Source: an uncultured bacterium (GTDB lineage Bacteria; Actinomycetota; Acidimicrobiia; Spongiisociales; UBA4744). From it: a stretch of 64,000 nt of DNA. Position numbers and translations under genes: made by a program. This document shows, one piece after another, positions 30,667-39,836 of the stretch. The stretch covers positions 43,068 through 107,067 of the forward strand of contig CAWHCO010000005.1 in assembly GCA_963827865.1 (NCBI GenBank), in the 5' to 3' direction. Under the pieces are notes generated by a model. It saw only the letters and a list, made by a program, of their open reading frames with translations. It was not told the DNA's origin and searched no databases. Each line of letters opens with the position of its first letter. The stretch's first letter is position 1.

Positions 30667-32592
30667 TCAGCGGGGTGGTCGGACTGCCGCCTTCAAGCGC
30701 TCCACGGCCTCCTCCAACGGTACGCCGCGGTCCTCGTGTTCGCTGTCGTAGCGACGATACCCGACGGTACCGGCGGCAGCGTCCTTGTCCCCGACGACCA
30801 AGACGATCGGCACCTTCGAGGAAAGAGCCCGCCTGATCTTCTCGCCGACAGTTTCGGAGGTGCTGTCCACGTCGACTCGGACCTCTGCGTTGCGTAGGGA
30901 TTCCGCCACCTGCGCCGCATAGTCGAGGTGTCGATCTGCGACGGGGACGATCGCAGCCTGGACGGGAGCGAGCCACGCCGGGAATGCGCCCGCGTAGTGC
31001 TCGACCAGAATCCCGAAGAATCGTTCCACAGACCCGAACAGAGCACGGTGGATCATGACCGGACGCTCGCGCGCGTTATCGGCGCTCGTGTACTCGATCG
31101 CAAATCGCTCCGGCGTCGAGAAGTCCACCTGGATAGTCGACAGCTGCCACTTGCGACCGATTGCGTCTTTGATGTGCACGTCGATCTTCGGGCCATAGAA
31201 GGCACCTTCTCCTTCGGCGATGTCGTACGCGAGTTCGGCGGTATCAAGGGACTTCGCGAGTGCTGCGGTCGCGATATCCCACAGCTCGATTTCGCCAACG
31301 TACTTCTCAGGTCTCGTCGACAGCTCGGCTTCGAATTCTTCGAAGCCGAAGTCGCGGAGCACCATGAGAACGAAGTCGAGGAGATTCTGCAGCTCGGCGC
31401 CGATCTGGTCCAGCGTGCAGAAGATGTGGCTGTCATCCTGGGTGAAGCCCCTCGCCCTGAGCAGGCCATGAACGACACCCGATCGTTCGTAGCGGTAGAC
31501 CGTTCCGAGCTCGAACAGCCGCAAGGGAAGCTCCCGGTATGATCGCGACCTGCTCTTGTAGATGAGTACGTGGAAGGGGCAGTTCATCGGTTTCACGATG
31601 TACGAGTCCCCGTGGTCGAGTTCGAGGGCCGGGTACATGTTGTCGGCGTAGAAGCCGAGATGCCCGGAGGTCTCCCATAGCTGTGCCTTTGCGACGTGCG
31701 GGGAGACGACGAGTTGATAGTCGTTCGCGAGGTGGACGCCGCGGCTGTAGTCCTCGATCACCTTGCGAATCAGGCCGCCTTTCGGGTGCCACACCGCCAA
31801 CCCGGACCCGAGTTCGGGCGGGAACGAGAACAGATCCAGCTCCGTTCCGAGCTTCCGGTGGTCCCGCCGCTCGGCTTCCTGCAAGCGGTGCAGATACGCA
31901 TCGAGAGACTTCTGGTCCTCCCACGCGGTTCCGTAGATCCGCTGAAGTTGAGGCCGGTGCTCGTCCCCCCGCCAGTAGGCGCCTGCAGAGCGCAGCAGCT
32001 TGAACGCCTTGACCCTCGACGTCGACGGCACGTGCGGCCCTCGACACAGATCTACGAACCCGTTGTTCCGGTAGATCGAAATGATGGAACCGACTTCGGA
32101 GGCGTCCACCGACTGGATGATCTCGGTCTTGAACGGCTGGTCGGCGAAGATCTCCATTGCTTCCGGCTGCGGTATCTCTTCCCTCACGAAGGGTTGGTCG
32201 GCGGCGACGATCTCCCGCATGCGCTCCTCGATCCGCTCGAGGTCGTCAGGCGTGAACGGACGCCCGATGTCGAAGTCGTAGTAGAAGCCGTCTTCGATGG
32301 CAGGGCCTATCGCGAACCGGGCTCCTTCGAACAGCGACAGAACCGCCTGTGCCATGACGTGCGCCGTCGAGTGCCGGAGCACCTCGCGCCCCTCGTCCGT
32401 CGCAATAGTCACTATCTCGAGCTTCCCGCCGTGGTCGAGCGCACGCGACAGATCGGTGAGGACTCCGTCGAGCTTGATCGCGACGGCCGCCGCCGCGAGC
32501 CTTGGACCTATGTCGCCGGCGATCTCTAATCCGGTTGCCCCCTGGGGGTAGCTCCTGTGGGAACTGTCGGGAAACTCGATATCGATGGACAC
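30667..32592 (-). CDS. thrS: Threonine--tRNA ligase
   Basis: TGS domain, editing-domain HTAHVMAQAV, class II core (RLFELGTVYRYERSG, GAFYGPKID). The track ORF starts at 32703. I prefer the GTG at 32592 (preceded by GAGG, protein begins VSIDIEFPDSS), because the longer form would overlap the divergent gene at 32670. Confidence 0.9.
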   Translation of the reverse strand: MSIDIEFPDSSHRSYPQGATGLEIAGDIGPRLAAAAVAIKLDGVLTDLSRALDHGGKLEIVTIATDEGREVLRHSTAHVMAQAVLSLFEGARFAIGPAIEDGFYYDFDIGRPFTPDDLERIEERMREIVAADQPFVREEIPQPEAMEIFADQPFKTEIIQSVDASEVGSIISIYRNNGFVDLCRGPHVPSTSRVKAFKLLRSAGAYWRGDEHRPQLQRIYGTAWEDQKSLDAYLHRLQEAERRDHRKLGTELDLFSFPPELGSGLAVWHPKGGLIRKVIEDYSRGVHLANDYQLVVSPHVAKAQLWETSGHLGFYADNMYPALELDHGDSYIVKPMNCPFHVLIYKSRSRSYRELPLRLFELGTVYRYERSGVVHGLLRARGFTQDDSHIFCTLDQIGAELQNLLDFVLMVLRDFGFEEFEAELSTRPEKYVGEIELWDIATAALAKSLDTAELAYDIAEGEGAFYGPKIDVHIKDAIGRKWQLSTIQVDFSTPERFAIEYTSADNARERPVMIHRALFGSVERFFGILVEHYAGAFPAWLAPVQAAIVPVADRHLDYAAQVAESLRNAEVRVDVDSTSETVGEKIRRALSSKVPIVLVVGDKDAAAGTVGYRRYDSEHEDRGVPLEEAVERLKAAVRPPR

Positions 32593-32669
32593 ACCCACCT
32601 CATTGCTCTCGTCTGGTGTAGCGTAAACGAAGGCGTTCCAATCGCCGATCGCTTTACGAGGGAGTTCAG

Positions 32670-33488
32670 TTGCAGGCACTAGATATCGCGGCCCTGCTCG
32701 CAAGTGGTGCGAGCGTGCATCCGCTGTCCTCTGGCACCAACAGCGTATTTCGCGTCACGGATGTCGGCGGTGCTACGTCGATCCTCAAGGTGTATGGCTC
32801 CACGTCCTACCAGCGACGCGAACGCAGGGCGCTCGAGGCACTCGACGGTTTGCAGGGATTGCCCGCCATCATCGAGTGGGGCGCCACCGAGGGGTCGGAC
32901 TGGGTTCGTTTCGCCGACCACGGCCGATGGAGCCTGGCATCACTTCCGGGAGACAGCAAAGCCGCCTCGAAGGCCGGTGCACTTCTCCACCACCTCCACG
33001 AGGCGGACTTCTCGCGCCTGTCGAATCTCGAGGAAGGCATCGGCTCGATCTGGATGGAGACGGCGCTCCGTGGCAACTTCGCCCGGCTCGAACGGTACCG
33101 ACGCCGATTGAACATCCCCTCGGCGGTGTTCGACCGGGCTGTCGATCTCACGTTTCCGAAGGCCGGCCCGCCGAAGGCAAGCCACACCCGCCCGTCACCG
33201 TCGGCGTTCGTCATCGACGATGCGGGAACGGTCACGCTGACCGGCTGGACATGGGCCACCTTGGCTCCACCAGAGTGGGACTACACCTTCACCTACTGGC
33301 AACTGGCCAAGCACGAAGGCGCCGGCGATGCGTTCGCGAGCGGGTACGGAGCTACTGTCGGGCCCGAAGTCTTGAAGGCGTGGATCGTCTTCCACATCAC
33401 TGCCCTGCTCCTCCGTGAAGCTGAGAACAGGGACGGCCGGCTCGATGATCTCCGCCCGTACGTGGACCAACTCGACGCGGCGATCTAG
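32670..33488 (+). CDS. Aminoglycoside phosphotransferase / choline-kinase-fold protein with degenerate catalytic motifs
   Basis: 272 aa. The N-lobe SGTNSVFRVTDVGGATSILKVYGS is typical of the APH/ChoK family. The expected HGDxxxxN and IDWE positions read HTRPSPSA and TGWT. Confidence 0.65.
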   Translation: MQALDIAALLASGASVHPLSSGTNSVFRVTDVGGATSILKVYGSTSYQRRERRALEALDGLQGLPAIIEWGATEGSDWVRFADHGRWSLASLPGDSKAASKAGALLHHLHEADFSRLSNLEEGIGSIWMETALRGNFARLERYRRRLNIPSAVFDRAVDLTFPKAGPPKASHTRPSPSAFVIDDAGTVTLTGWTWATLAPPEWDYTFTYWQLAKHEGAGDAFASGYGATVGPEVLKAWIVFHITALLLREAENRDGRLDDLRPYVDQLDAAI

Positions 33489-33597
33489 TGGAGGACATCT
33501 GTCTCGATCCTCTACGAGCAGGCTTGTTGGGAAGATCACCCCAATTCCACGACCTGCCAGATGACTAGCCCTGCCTGTGTGGAATACGGATAGCCCG

Positions 33598-33624
33598 GTA
33601 CGCGCCGAAAGTCGGGCCGCGTAC
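33598..33624 (+). terminator. Hairpin downstream of the kinase-fold gene
   Basis: GTACGCGCCG aaagt CGG(gc)CGCGTAC forms a 10 bp stem with a 2-nt bulge. It lies 110 nt after the stop at 33488. Confidence 0.3.
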
Positions 33625-33663
33625 AGTGGTAGTTTGACCACGACACGCGCGAACGGAGAGATC

Positions 33664-33924
33664 GTGGCACGGGGCTGCAAAGACCACCAATTCAGTGAAC
33701 CCTTCGCTGTCGGAGGCGGCATCGTTCGTGTGACGTGCTCTCGCTGCGGTGCCGTCCATCTCGACCTCGCTCGACACGATGTGCTCGCAGACTCCGGCCT
33801 CTTTCAGCCAGGTCGCAGCAAGTGGATGGCTTGGGAACCTGACGTCGCCCAACCCGTTCGGTACGAGCGGACGTTCGGCAAGGCCGTTGCGCGCCGGCGC
33901 AGACCCCACTCAGCAGTGGCCTAG
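33664..33924 (+). CDS. Hypothetical small protein with Cys/His cluster
   Basis: GTG at 33664 behind GGAGAG gives 86 aa with GCKDH...VTCSRCG, a possible zinc ribbon. A competing antisense ORF lies at 33565-33909. Confidence 0.3.
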   Translation: MARGCKDHQFSEPFAVGGGIVRVTCSRCGAVHLDLARHDVLADSGLFQPGRSKWMAWEPDVAQPVRYERTFGKAVARRRRPHSAVA

Positions 33925-33985
33925 GTCGCGAAATCCTTCCCTAACCGCTACCTCGGCCATACACTCAGCCGCGAGAGGAGGGCGC

Positions 33986-34201
33986 GTGGCGCAATTGCTC
34001 TTGGCGGCATCGATCATCACAGTGCTCGTTCTGATTGCCGGAAGTCGTTTCCGAGACATCGATCAGGACCTCGAGAGGGAGTCCTGGGTCGAGGCCTATC
34101 GCCCAGCCACCGAGCTCCCGTGTCCGTGGTGTGGCGCCGAGACAGAAGAGTCCGATACTGCCTGTCCGAGCTGCCACCGCACCTTCGGGGTCACCGTCTG
34201 A
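33986..34201 (+). CDS. Small membrane-anchored zinc-ribbon protein
   Basis: GTG at 33986 behind GAGGAGGG gives 71 aa. There is an N-terminal TM helix (LLLAASIITVLVLIAG), then CPWCGAETEESDTACPSCH (CxxC...CxxC). Confidence 0.45.
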   Translation: MAQLLLAASIITVLVLIAGSRFRDIDQDLERESWVEAYRPATELPCPWCGAETEESDTACPSCHRTFGVTV

Positions 34202-34214
34202 GTAATCTGCTCTC

Positions 34215-35159
34215 GTGAGCGGAGTTGGTCTTGTCCTCGGGGGTGGAGGCGTCACCGGCGCGTCCTTCCATCTCGCAGCGCTACTCGCGCTGGAAATGGC
34301 AACCGGCTGGGATCCCACCACGGCCGACGTCATCGTCGGCACATCCGCGGGTTCGTTTGCAGCCGCGGTGGTTCGCTCGGGCAGCCTCTCTTTGGACAGC
34401 ATCGTCCGCCAAGGAGAACGGGAGGAGGACGTTGAACGGCGCATCCGCGCGTGGGTCTACAAGAAGAAGGCCCTCAACGGAGTCGGTCGCTGGATACGGC
34501 ACGGGATAATCCCCAGTCTCCGGCACCCCGGCTTGACGTCGCTGCTCGGTGCTCCTGGACGCTTCGATCCATCGGGAATCGGAGACTGGGTTGCCTCCCA
34601 GGCACCGTCCATCGCAGACAGCTGGCCGGATCGGCCGACAGTCGTAGTCGCCTACGGTCTCGAGGACCGGCGCAGAGTGGCCTTCGGCACGACCGACGCC
34701 CCCGATGTGACGCTGCGTGATGCCGTCTCGGCCTCCTCCGCGGTGCCGGTACTCTTCGATCCACACACCATCAAGGGCAAGAGGTACGTCGATGGAGGTG
34801 TCGCTTCGGGAACCAGCGCCGATCTCGTTCTCGGCAACCCCGAGCCGCTCGACCTGCTCTTGATCCTTGCACCCATGGCAGCGGAAGCACAGAGGAGCGG
34901 TGCCCTCTTCTACGAAGCCGTGTTCGACCGTGTCGGACGCTCTGCGCTCCACGATGAACTCGAGGCGGTGGCCGAGGTGTGGCCAGACACCGACACGCTC
35001 GTGCTTCGTCCAACCCCAGCCGTACTTGCCGCCATGCGGCCCAATCCGATGGATCCGGCGCGCGCTGTGCCGACATTCGTGCGCACGCTGGCGTCGCTTC
35101 GCTCCCGACTCGCCAGGGCCGAGGTGTGGCAGGTTCTCGAGCGTCACCTCGTTGCCTGA
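34215..35159 (+). CDS. Patatin-like phospholipase
   Basis: 314 aa. Oxyanion GGGGVTG, nucleophile elbow GTSAGS, and the catalytic Asp in YVDGGV. Confidence 0.85.
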   Translation: MSGVGLVLGGGGVTGASFHLAALLALEMATGWDPTTADVIVGTSAGSFAAAVVRSGSLSLDSIVRQGEREEDVERRIRAWVYKKKALNGVGRWIRHGIIPSLRHPGLTSLLGAPGRFDPSGIGDWVASQAPSIADSWPDRPTVVVAYGLEDRRRVAFGTTDAPDVTLRDAVSASSAVPVLFDPHTIKGKRYVDGGVASGTSADLVLGNPEPLDLLLILAPMAAEAQRSGALFYEAVFDRVGRSALHDELEAVAEVWPDTDTLVLRPTPAVLAAMRPNPMDPARAVPTFVRTLASLRSRLARAEVWQVLERHLVA

Positions 35160-36139
35160 GGAATCTCCTCCAGCCACGCTGCTTTTTGCCTCTCTCCGGC
35201 AAATGAAGCCTCGATAGATGACCGGGCGATCGCGGCGAGATTCCCCTCTGTCAGTCCTAGTGCTGTCGCCGCCGCAACGTAGTTGTCCGCGATGTACCCC
35301 CCGAAGTAGACGGGGTCATCGGAGTTGATGGTGACGACCGCACCGGCATCGAACAGGCGTTTCAGGTTGTGTCGCGACATCTCGTGGACCACCTGAAGCT
35401 TGAGGTTCGAGAGAGGGCACATCGTGAGTGGGATCCGTTCCTTGACGACCCGTTCGAGGAGCGACGGGTCCTCTTCGATCCTCACTCCATGGTCGATCCG
35501 TTCTGCGTGGAGGAGATCCAGTGCCTCCCAGATGTACTCGGGTGGTCCTTCCTCCCCTGCGTGCGCAACGACGTGCAGCCCTTCGTCGCGTGCGCGGGCA
35601 AACACATCGGCGAACAGTGACGGAGGTCGGCCCATCTCCGATGAGTCGAGTCCGACGCCAATGATCTTCATGCGGTGACGGAGACCATCTTCGAGGGTCC
35701 GCATCGCCGCCTCCGGGCTGAGATGACGAAGGAACGACAGGATCAGCGCGGCGGAGACCCCGAGATCCGATGCCTCCTCCACGGCCCTGTGCAGCCCCGA
35801 GATCACGACATCGAAGGGTATGCCTCGCTCTGTGTGCGTCTGAGGATCGAAGAAGATCTCGGCCCTGCGTACTCCGTCCGCGGCTGCACGTTTCAGATAC
35901 CCCCACGCGAGGTCATAGAAGTCCTGCTCGGTTTGAAGGACGGCGGCACCTTCGTAGTAGATGTCGAGGAACGACTGGAGATCGGAGAATTCGTACGCCG
36001 CCTTGATCTCCTCGACTGTCGAGAAACGCAACGCAACGTCGTTTCGTTTCGCAAGCGTCAGCATGAGATCTGGCTCGAGCGCTCCCTCGACGTGAATGTG
36101 CAGTTCCGCTTTGGGAAGGCTTCGAACGTAGGTTTCCAC
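35144..36139 (-). CDS. add: Adenosine/adenine deaminase
   Basis: 331 aa. LPKAELHIHVEGAL, HAGE, SINSDDP-like TINSDDPVYFG. Confidence 0.85.
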   Translation of the reverse strand: METYVRSLPKAELHIHVEGALEPDLMLTLAKRNDVALRFSTVEEIKAAYEFSDLQSFLDIYYEGAAVLQTEQDFYDLAWGYLKRAAADGVRRAEIFFDPQTHTERGIPFDVVISGLHRAVEEASDLGVSAALILSFLRHLSPEAAMRTLEDGLRHRMKIIGVGLDSSEMGRPPSLFADVFARARDEGLHVVAHAGEEGPPEYIWEALDLLHAERIDHGVRIEEDPSLLERVVKERIPLTMCPLSNLKLQVVHEMSRHNLKRLFDAGAVVTINSDDPVYFGGYIADNYVAAATALGLTEGNLAAIARSSIEASFAGERQKAAWLEEIPQATR

Positions 36140-36205
36140 TGCTGACTTCCCTCGACGGCTATGAATCCCGAATCCTACCCGCCGGTCGGTAGCATCGTCG
36201 CCAAG

Positions 36206-37633
36206 ATGACCACGCTACTCGTCACCCATGCGACTGTCCTCGTCACGATGGATGAGCACCGGAGAGAGATTTCCGACGGCGGATTCTTCGCGAGGGACGG
36301 ATGGATCGAGCAGGTCGCTCCCACCACGGAACTCCCCTCCTCTGCTGATGTCGTGCTCGATCTGACCGATCATGTCGTCATACCCGGCCTGGTCAACACG
36401 CACCATCACCTGTACCAGACCCTCACCCGAGCGTACGCCCAAGACGCGGAGCTCTTCGAGTGGCTGACGACGCTATATCCGGTGTGGGCGAAGCTCACAC
36501 CCCACGACATTCATGTCTCTGCACGACTCGGGCTGACGGAACTCGCACTGAGTGGATGCACCACCTCATCGGACCACCTATACCTGTTTCCGAATGGCGC
36601 CCGTCTCGACGACGAGATCGACGCGGCCCGCGAGATCGGCATCCGATTCCACGCTGCGAGAGGATCGATGAGCCTCGGACAGAGCGACGGCGGCCTCCCC
36701 CCGGATTCGGTTGTCGAGGACGAACAAGCGATCCTCGACGACACACGCAGGGTCATCGAGTCGTTCCACGATCCCGCGCCGGGCTCGATGCTCCGGGTGG
36801 TCGTTGCTCCGTGCTCACCGTTCTCGGTAACACCGGACCTGATGCGAGAGTCTGCGGTGCTCGCCCGCCACTACGGGGTCACGCTGCACACTCACATCGC
36901 GGAGACGATCGATGAAGAAGCGTTCTGTGTCGATCGATTCGGCATGCCCCCGTTGGCATATGCGGAGAGCGTCGGTTGGGTGGGGCCCGACGTCTGGTTC
37001 GCCCACGCGGTACACATGTCCGAGTCGGAGATCGCCAAGATGGCCGATACCGCCACCGGCGTCGCTCACTGTCCGGCCTCGAACATGCGTCTCGGATCAG
37101 GAATCGCCCCGGTCGCCGAGTATCTGGAAGCCGGCGTCCCCACTGCGCTCGGTGTCGACGGCTCCGCCTCCAACGACGGGAACGACCTCCTAGGAGAGGC
37201 GCGACTGGCCATGCTCCTCGCGCGTGTTCGAAGGCGGGGCATGATGCCGATTCGATTGGCACTGGAGGTGGCCACAGTCGGCGGCGCACAGGTCCTCGGG
37301 CGCGACGACATCGGTGCTCTGGCGCCGGGAAAGACCGCCGATTTCGCGGCCTTCGACCTGAACCATATCGAGTACACGGGCGCGCAGCACGACCCAGTCG
37401 CCGCCCTCCTGCTCTGTGCCCCAACCCGGGCCGCCTACACGTTCGTGCACGGATCGCCCGTCGTCTCGGAGGGCCGACCCGTCAACGTCGAGTTAGAAAC
37501 GCTCGTGGAAGAGCACAACCGCGCCGCCCGCGCGACTGCTCGCCTAGCCGACAGCGAACCGCGAACAGCAGACAGCAAGAAAGGGACGTCAGTGCGATTG
37601 GCTGTTCGCTGTCAGCTGTCGACTGTCAGCTGA
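36206..37633 (+). CDS. Amidohydrolase of the 8-oxoguanine deaminase / guanine deaminase-like (TRZ/ATZ) group
   Basis: MTTLLVTHATVLVTMDEHRREISDGGFF..., PGLVNTHHHLYQT, HTHIAET, FAHAVH, GVDGSASND. The last 25 codons or so run through a palindromic repeat element. Confidence 0.75.
   Translation: MTTLLVTHATVLVTMDEHRREISDGGFFARDGWIEQVAPTTELPSSADVVLDLTDHVVIPGLVNTHHHLYQTLTRAYAQDAELFEWLTTLYPVWAKLTPHDIHVSARLGLTELALSGCTTSSDHLYLFPNGARLDDEIDAAREIGIRFHAARGSMSLGQSDGGLPPDSVVEDEQAILDDTRRVIESFHDPAPGSMLRVVVAPCSPFSVTPDLMRESAVLARHYGVTLHTHIAETIDEEAFCVDRFGMPPLAYAESVGWVGPDVWFAHAVHMSESEIAKMADTATGVAHCPASNMRLGSGIAPVAEYLEAGVPTALGVDGSASNDGNDLLGEARLAMLLARVRRRGMMPIRLALEVATVGGAQVLGRDDIGALAPGKTADFAAFDLNHIEYTGAQHDPVAALLLCAPTRAAYTFVHGSPVVSEGRPVNVELETLVEEHNRAARATARLADSEPRTADSKKGTSVRLAVRCQLSTVS
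37547..37630. repeat. Inverted arrays of 7-nt repeats (GCTGTCN words) at a convergent gene junction
   Basis: The left arm is GCCGACA GCGAACC GCGAACA GCAGACA GC. A 24-nt spacer follows. The right arm is GCTGTTC GCTGTCA GCTGTCG ACTGTCA GC. The arms are imperfect reverse complements. Confidence 0.6.
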
Positions 37634-39836
37634 TCTCTGCGATGTCCTCCGGGTGAATAGGCAATCGCGTCACCGGCTTGCCCGTAGCGACACGAACCGC
37701 CGCCGCCACCGCGGCTGCCGAAGAGATCGACGGCAGCTCCGAGAATCCCTTGGCGCCGAACGGCCCCCATGAACTCGGCTGTTCCAGGACGACGGCCTCG
37801 ACCGGAGGCATATCCTCGATCGTCGGCAGGAGGTAGTCGGTGAACGTCGGATTCTTGATGACGCCGTTGTCGAGTATGACCTCTTCCATCAGTGCCATGC
37901 CGAATCCTTGCGCGATTCCGCCCTCGATCTGTCCGATCACCTGCATAGGGTTGAGAGCCTTCCCGACGTCTTGGGCCGTGTCGATTCTGACGACGCGGAC
38001 CAGCCCGAGGACCGGATCCACATCGACGACCGCCCGGTGAGCAGCGACGCAGAAGTCGACGTGGACGTCGCCTTGTCCGTTCTCGTCGGGCTCCTCGGTG
38101 GGAGCGTGCCGATAGCGGATCTCGCCAACGACCGGCCCCCCGGCGCACAGCTCAGGCCAAGTCGCGACGAGTCGACCATTTCGCCACACTCCCTCGTCAT
38201 CCATTTCGTCACCGCCCACTCGTTCGAGAGCGGCGGCACGAGCCCGCCGAGCGGCGTGCTCGACTGCGCCGCCGGTCATCTGGGTCTGTCTGGAGGCCGA
38301 CGAAGAGCCCGCTGAACCGATCTGTGAGGTGTCATCCCATGCGATCTCGACTCGTTCCAAGCCCAGGACGCTGCGCGCGATCTGGGCGAGGATCGTGATC
38401 ATGCCTTGTCCGACTTCGGCCGCGGCGGTGTGGACACGAGCACCGTCCGGAGTCAGTTCGACTCTCGCGTCTGCGTAGTCATCGAACGCCTCGGAAAACG
38501 CCAGGTTCTTGACTCCGACCGCATAGCCGATGCCTCGAACGACCGCGGAGGCCGGAGTCGTGAGACCCGTGCCGCCTGGCCGTCGATCGGTGTCCTCATC
38601 GGGCAATGGGATCGACATCACCGACCGGATGACCTCCTCGGTCGGAAGCGGATCGACGATTCGCTGACCTGTCGTCGCCAGCACGTCACCGGGACCGATG
38701 GCATTCTTCAATCGGAGTTCCAGTGGATCCATGTCTAGTGCAGCGGCGAGCCTGTCCATCTGCGCTTCATACGCGAAACAGACCTGATTGGCACCGAACC
38801 CTCGCATCGCCCCCGTCGGCGGGTTGTTGGTACGCACCGCATACCCCTCAACGAACACGTTGGGGCAGCGGTACGGTCCCGCAGCGAAGTACACGGCGTT
38901 TGCGATCACGGCCTCGGACGTGTTCGCATACGCACCACCATCCAACACGAGCTTCGCGTCGACCCTGACGAGCGTCCCGTCAGGATCTGCCTCGTGCCGG
39001 TACCACATGTGGGCGCTATGGCGCTTCACATGCCCGACGAAGCTCTCGTCTCGCCCATACACCATCTTGACGGGACGCCCCGTTCGCAACGCGAGCATGC
39101 ACAGGTGGGTGTGCAGGCTGAGGTCCTCTCTGGACCCGAACGCCCCGCCAAGACCCGTCGGGTGAACACGAAGCTGGTCGGACTCGAGTCCGAGACACCG
39201 AACGAGCTGCTCGTGGTCGACATGAATCCACTGCGACGGAGGGTAGAGGTCTACCCCACCAGACCCGTCCGGGACGGCAAGTCCTGCCTCGGTGCCCAGT
39301 GGCGCCTGGTCGATATTCGGCGTCTCGTAGTAGCCCTCGACGACGACTGCGCCGTGCGCTTCGTGGTCGCCCCGTCTCACCCGCATCTCTCTGAAGATCT
39401 CTCCAAGCTCAACCGCCTCTTCGAGATTCGTTGCGGGAGTCAGCGGCTCCACCTCGACACCGATCGCAGCGGCGGCCGCACGCGCCTGGTCTCGCGTCTC
39501 GGCAGCAACCAACGCGACGGCCTCGCCCCAGAAACGGATCTCTCCTTCGGCGAGAACCGGCTGGTCCTGCACGATCTGGCCCTGGTACTTGAAACCGGGC
39601 ACGTCACCCTGTGTGAGGACGGCGACGACCCCTTCCATGTCGAGCGCGGGTGTGACATCGATCGAGATGATCCGGGCACGGGGCGCGAACACCCTATGTG
39701 TGGCTCCCCACAGCATGGTCTTGGCACTGAGGTCGCCCACATACGCGAATGCCCCCGAGACCTTCGCGGCGCCGTCCGGTCGTCGAATGGACTCGCCCAC
39801 ACCTCCGCTCACGCGCCTCGATGTTCTCGCCGTCAC
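37626..39836 (-). CDS. Xanthine dehydrogenase family molybdopterin-binding subunit (set 1)
   Basis: 736 aa. a/b-hammerhead N-terminus (IRRPDGAAKVSGAFAYVGD), GLGGAFGSRED, GFGANQVCFAYE, IEGGIAQGFG. GTGA overlap with the FeS subunit. Confidence 0.9.
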   Translation of the reverse strand: MTARTSRRVSGGVGESIRRPDGAAKVSGAFAYVGDLSAKTMLWGATHRVFAPRARIISIDVTPALDMEGVVAVLTQGDVPGFKYQGQIVQDQPVLAEGEIRFWGEAVALVAAETRDQARAAAAAIGVEVEPLTPATNLEEAVELGEIFREMRVRRGDHEAHGAVVVEGYYETPNIDQAPLGTEAGLAVPDGSGGVDLYPPSQWIHVDHEQLVRCLGLESDQLRVHPTGLGGAFGSREDLSLHTHLCMLALRTGRPVKMVYGRDESFVGHVKRHSAHMWYRHEADPDGTLVRVDAKLVLDGGAYANTSEAVIANAVYFAAGPYRCPNVFVEGYAVRTNNPPTGAMRGFGANQVCFAYEAQMDRLAAALDMDPLELRLKNAIGPGDVLATTGQRIVDPLPTEEVIRSVMSIPLPDEDTDRRPGGTGLTTPASAVVRGIGYAVGVKNLAFSEAFDDYADARVELTPDGARVHTAAAEVGQGMITILAQIARSVLGLERVEIAWDDTSQIGSAGSSSASRQTQMTGGAVEHAARRARAAALERVGGDEMDDEGVWRNGRLVATWPELCAGGPVVGEIRYRHAPTEEPDENGQGDVHVDFCVAAHRAVVDVDPVLGLVRVVRIDTAQDVGKALNPMQVIGQIEGGIAQGFGMALMEEVILDNGVIKNPTFTDYLLPTIEDMPPVEAVVLEQPSSWGPFGAKGFSELPSISSAAAVAAAVRVATGKPVTRLPIHPEDIAEIS

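Noticed and set aside
32593-32703. Longer ThrRS N-terminus (MRAGPRYLVPATELPRKAIG...) as a real extension.
   Set aside because: It would overlap the divergent kinase-fold gene start at 32670 and has no similarity to ThrRS N-termini. The GTG at 32592 with an upstream GAGG gives the canonical TGS-domain start. It is kept as an alternative only.
32670-35159. Patatin-like lipase with neighbouring kinase-fold and zinc-ribbon genes as a CBASS-like or other anti-phage defence module.
   Set aside because: No CD-NTase/cyclase, SMODS, TIR, STING or other sensor/signal-generating domain is recognisable. The kinase-fold protein is clearly APH/ChoK-like rather than a nucleotidyltransferase. Patatin genes of this type are common stand-alone lipases in actinobacteria.
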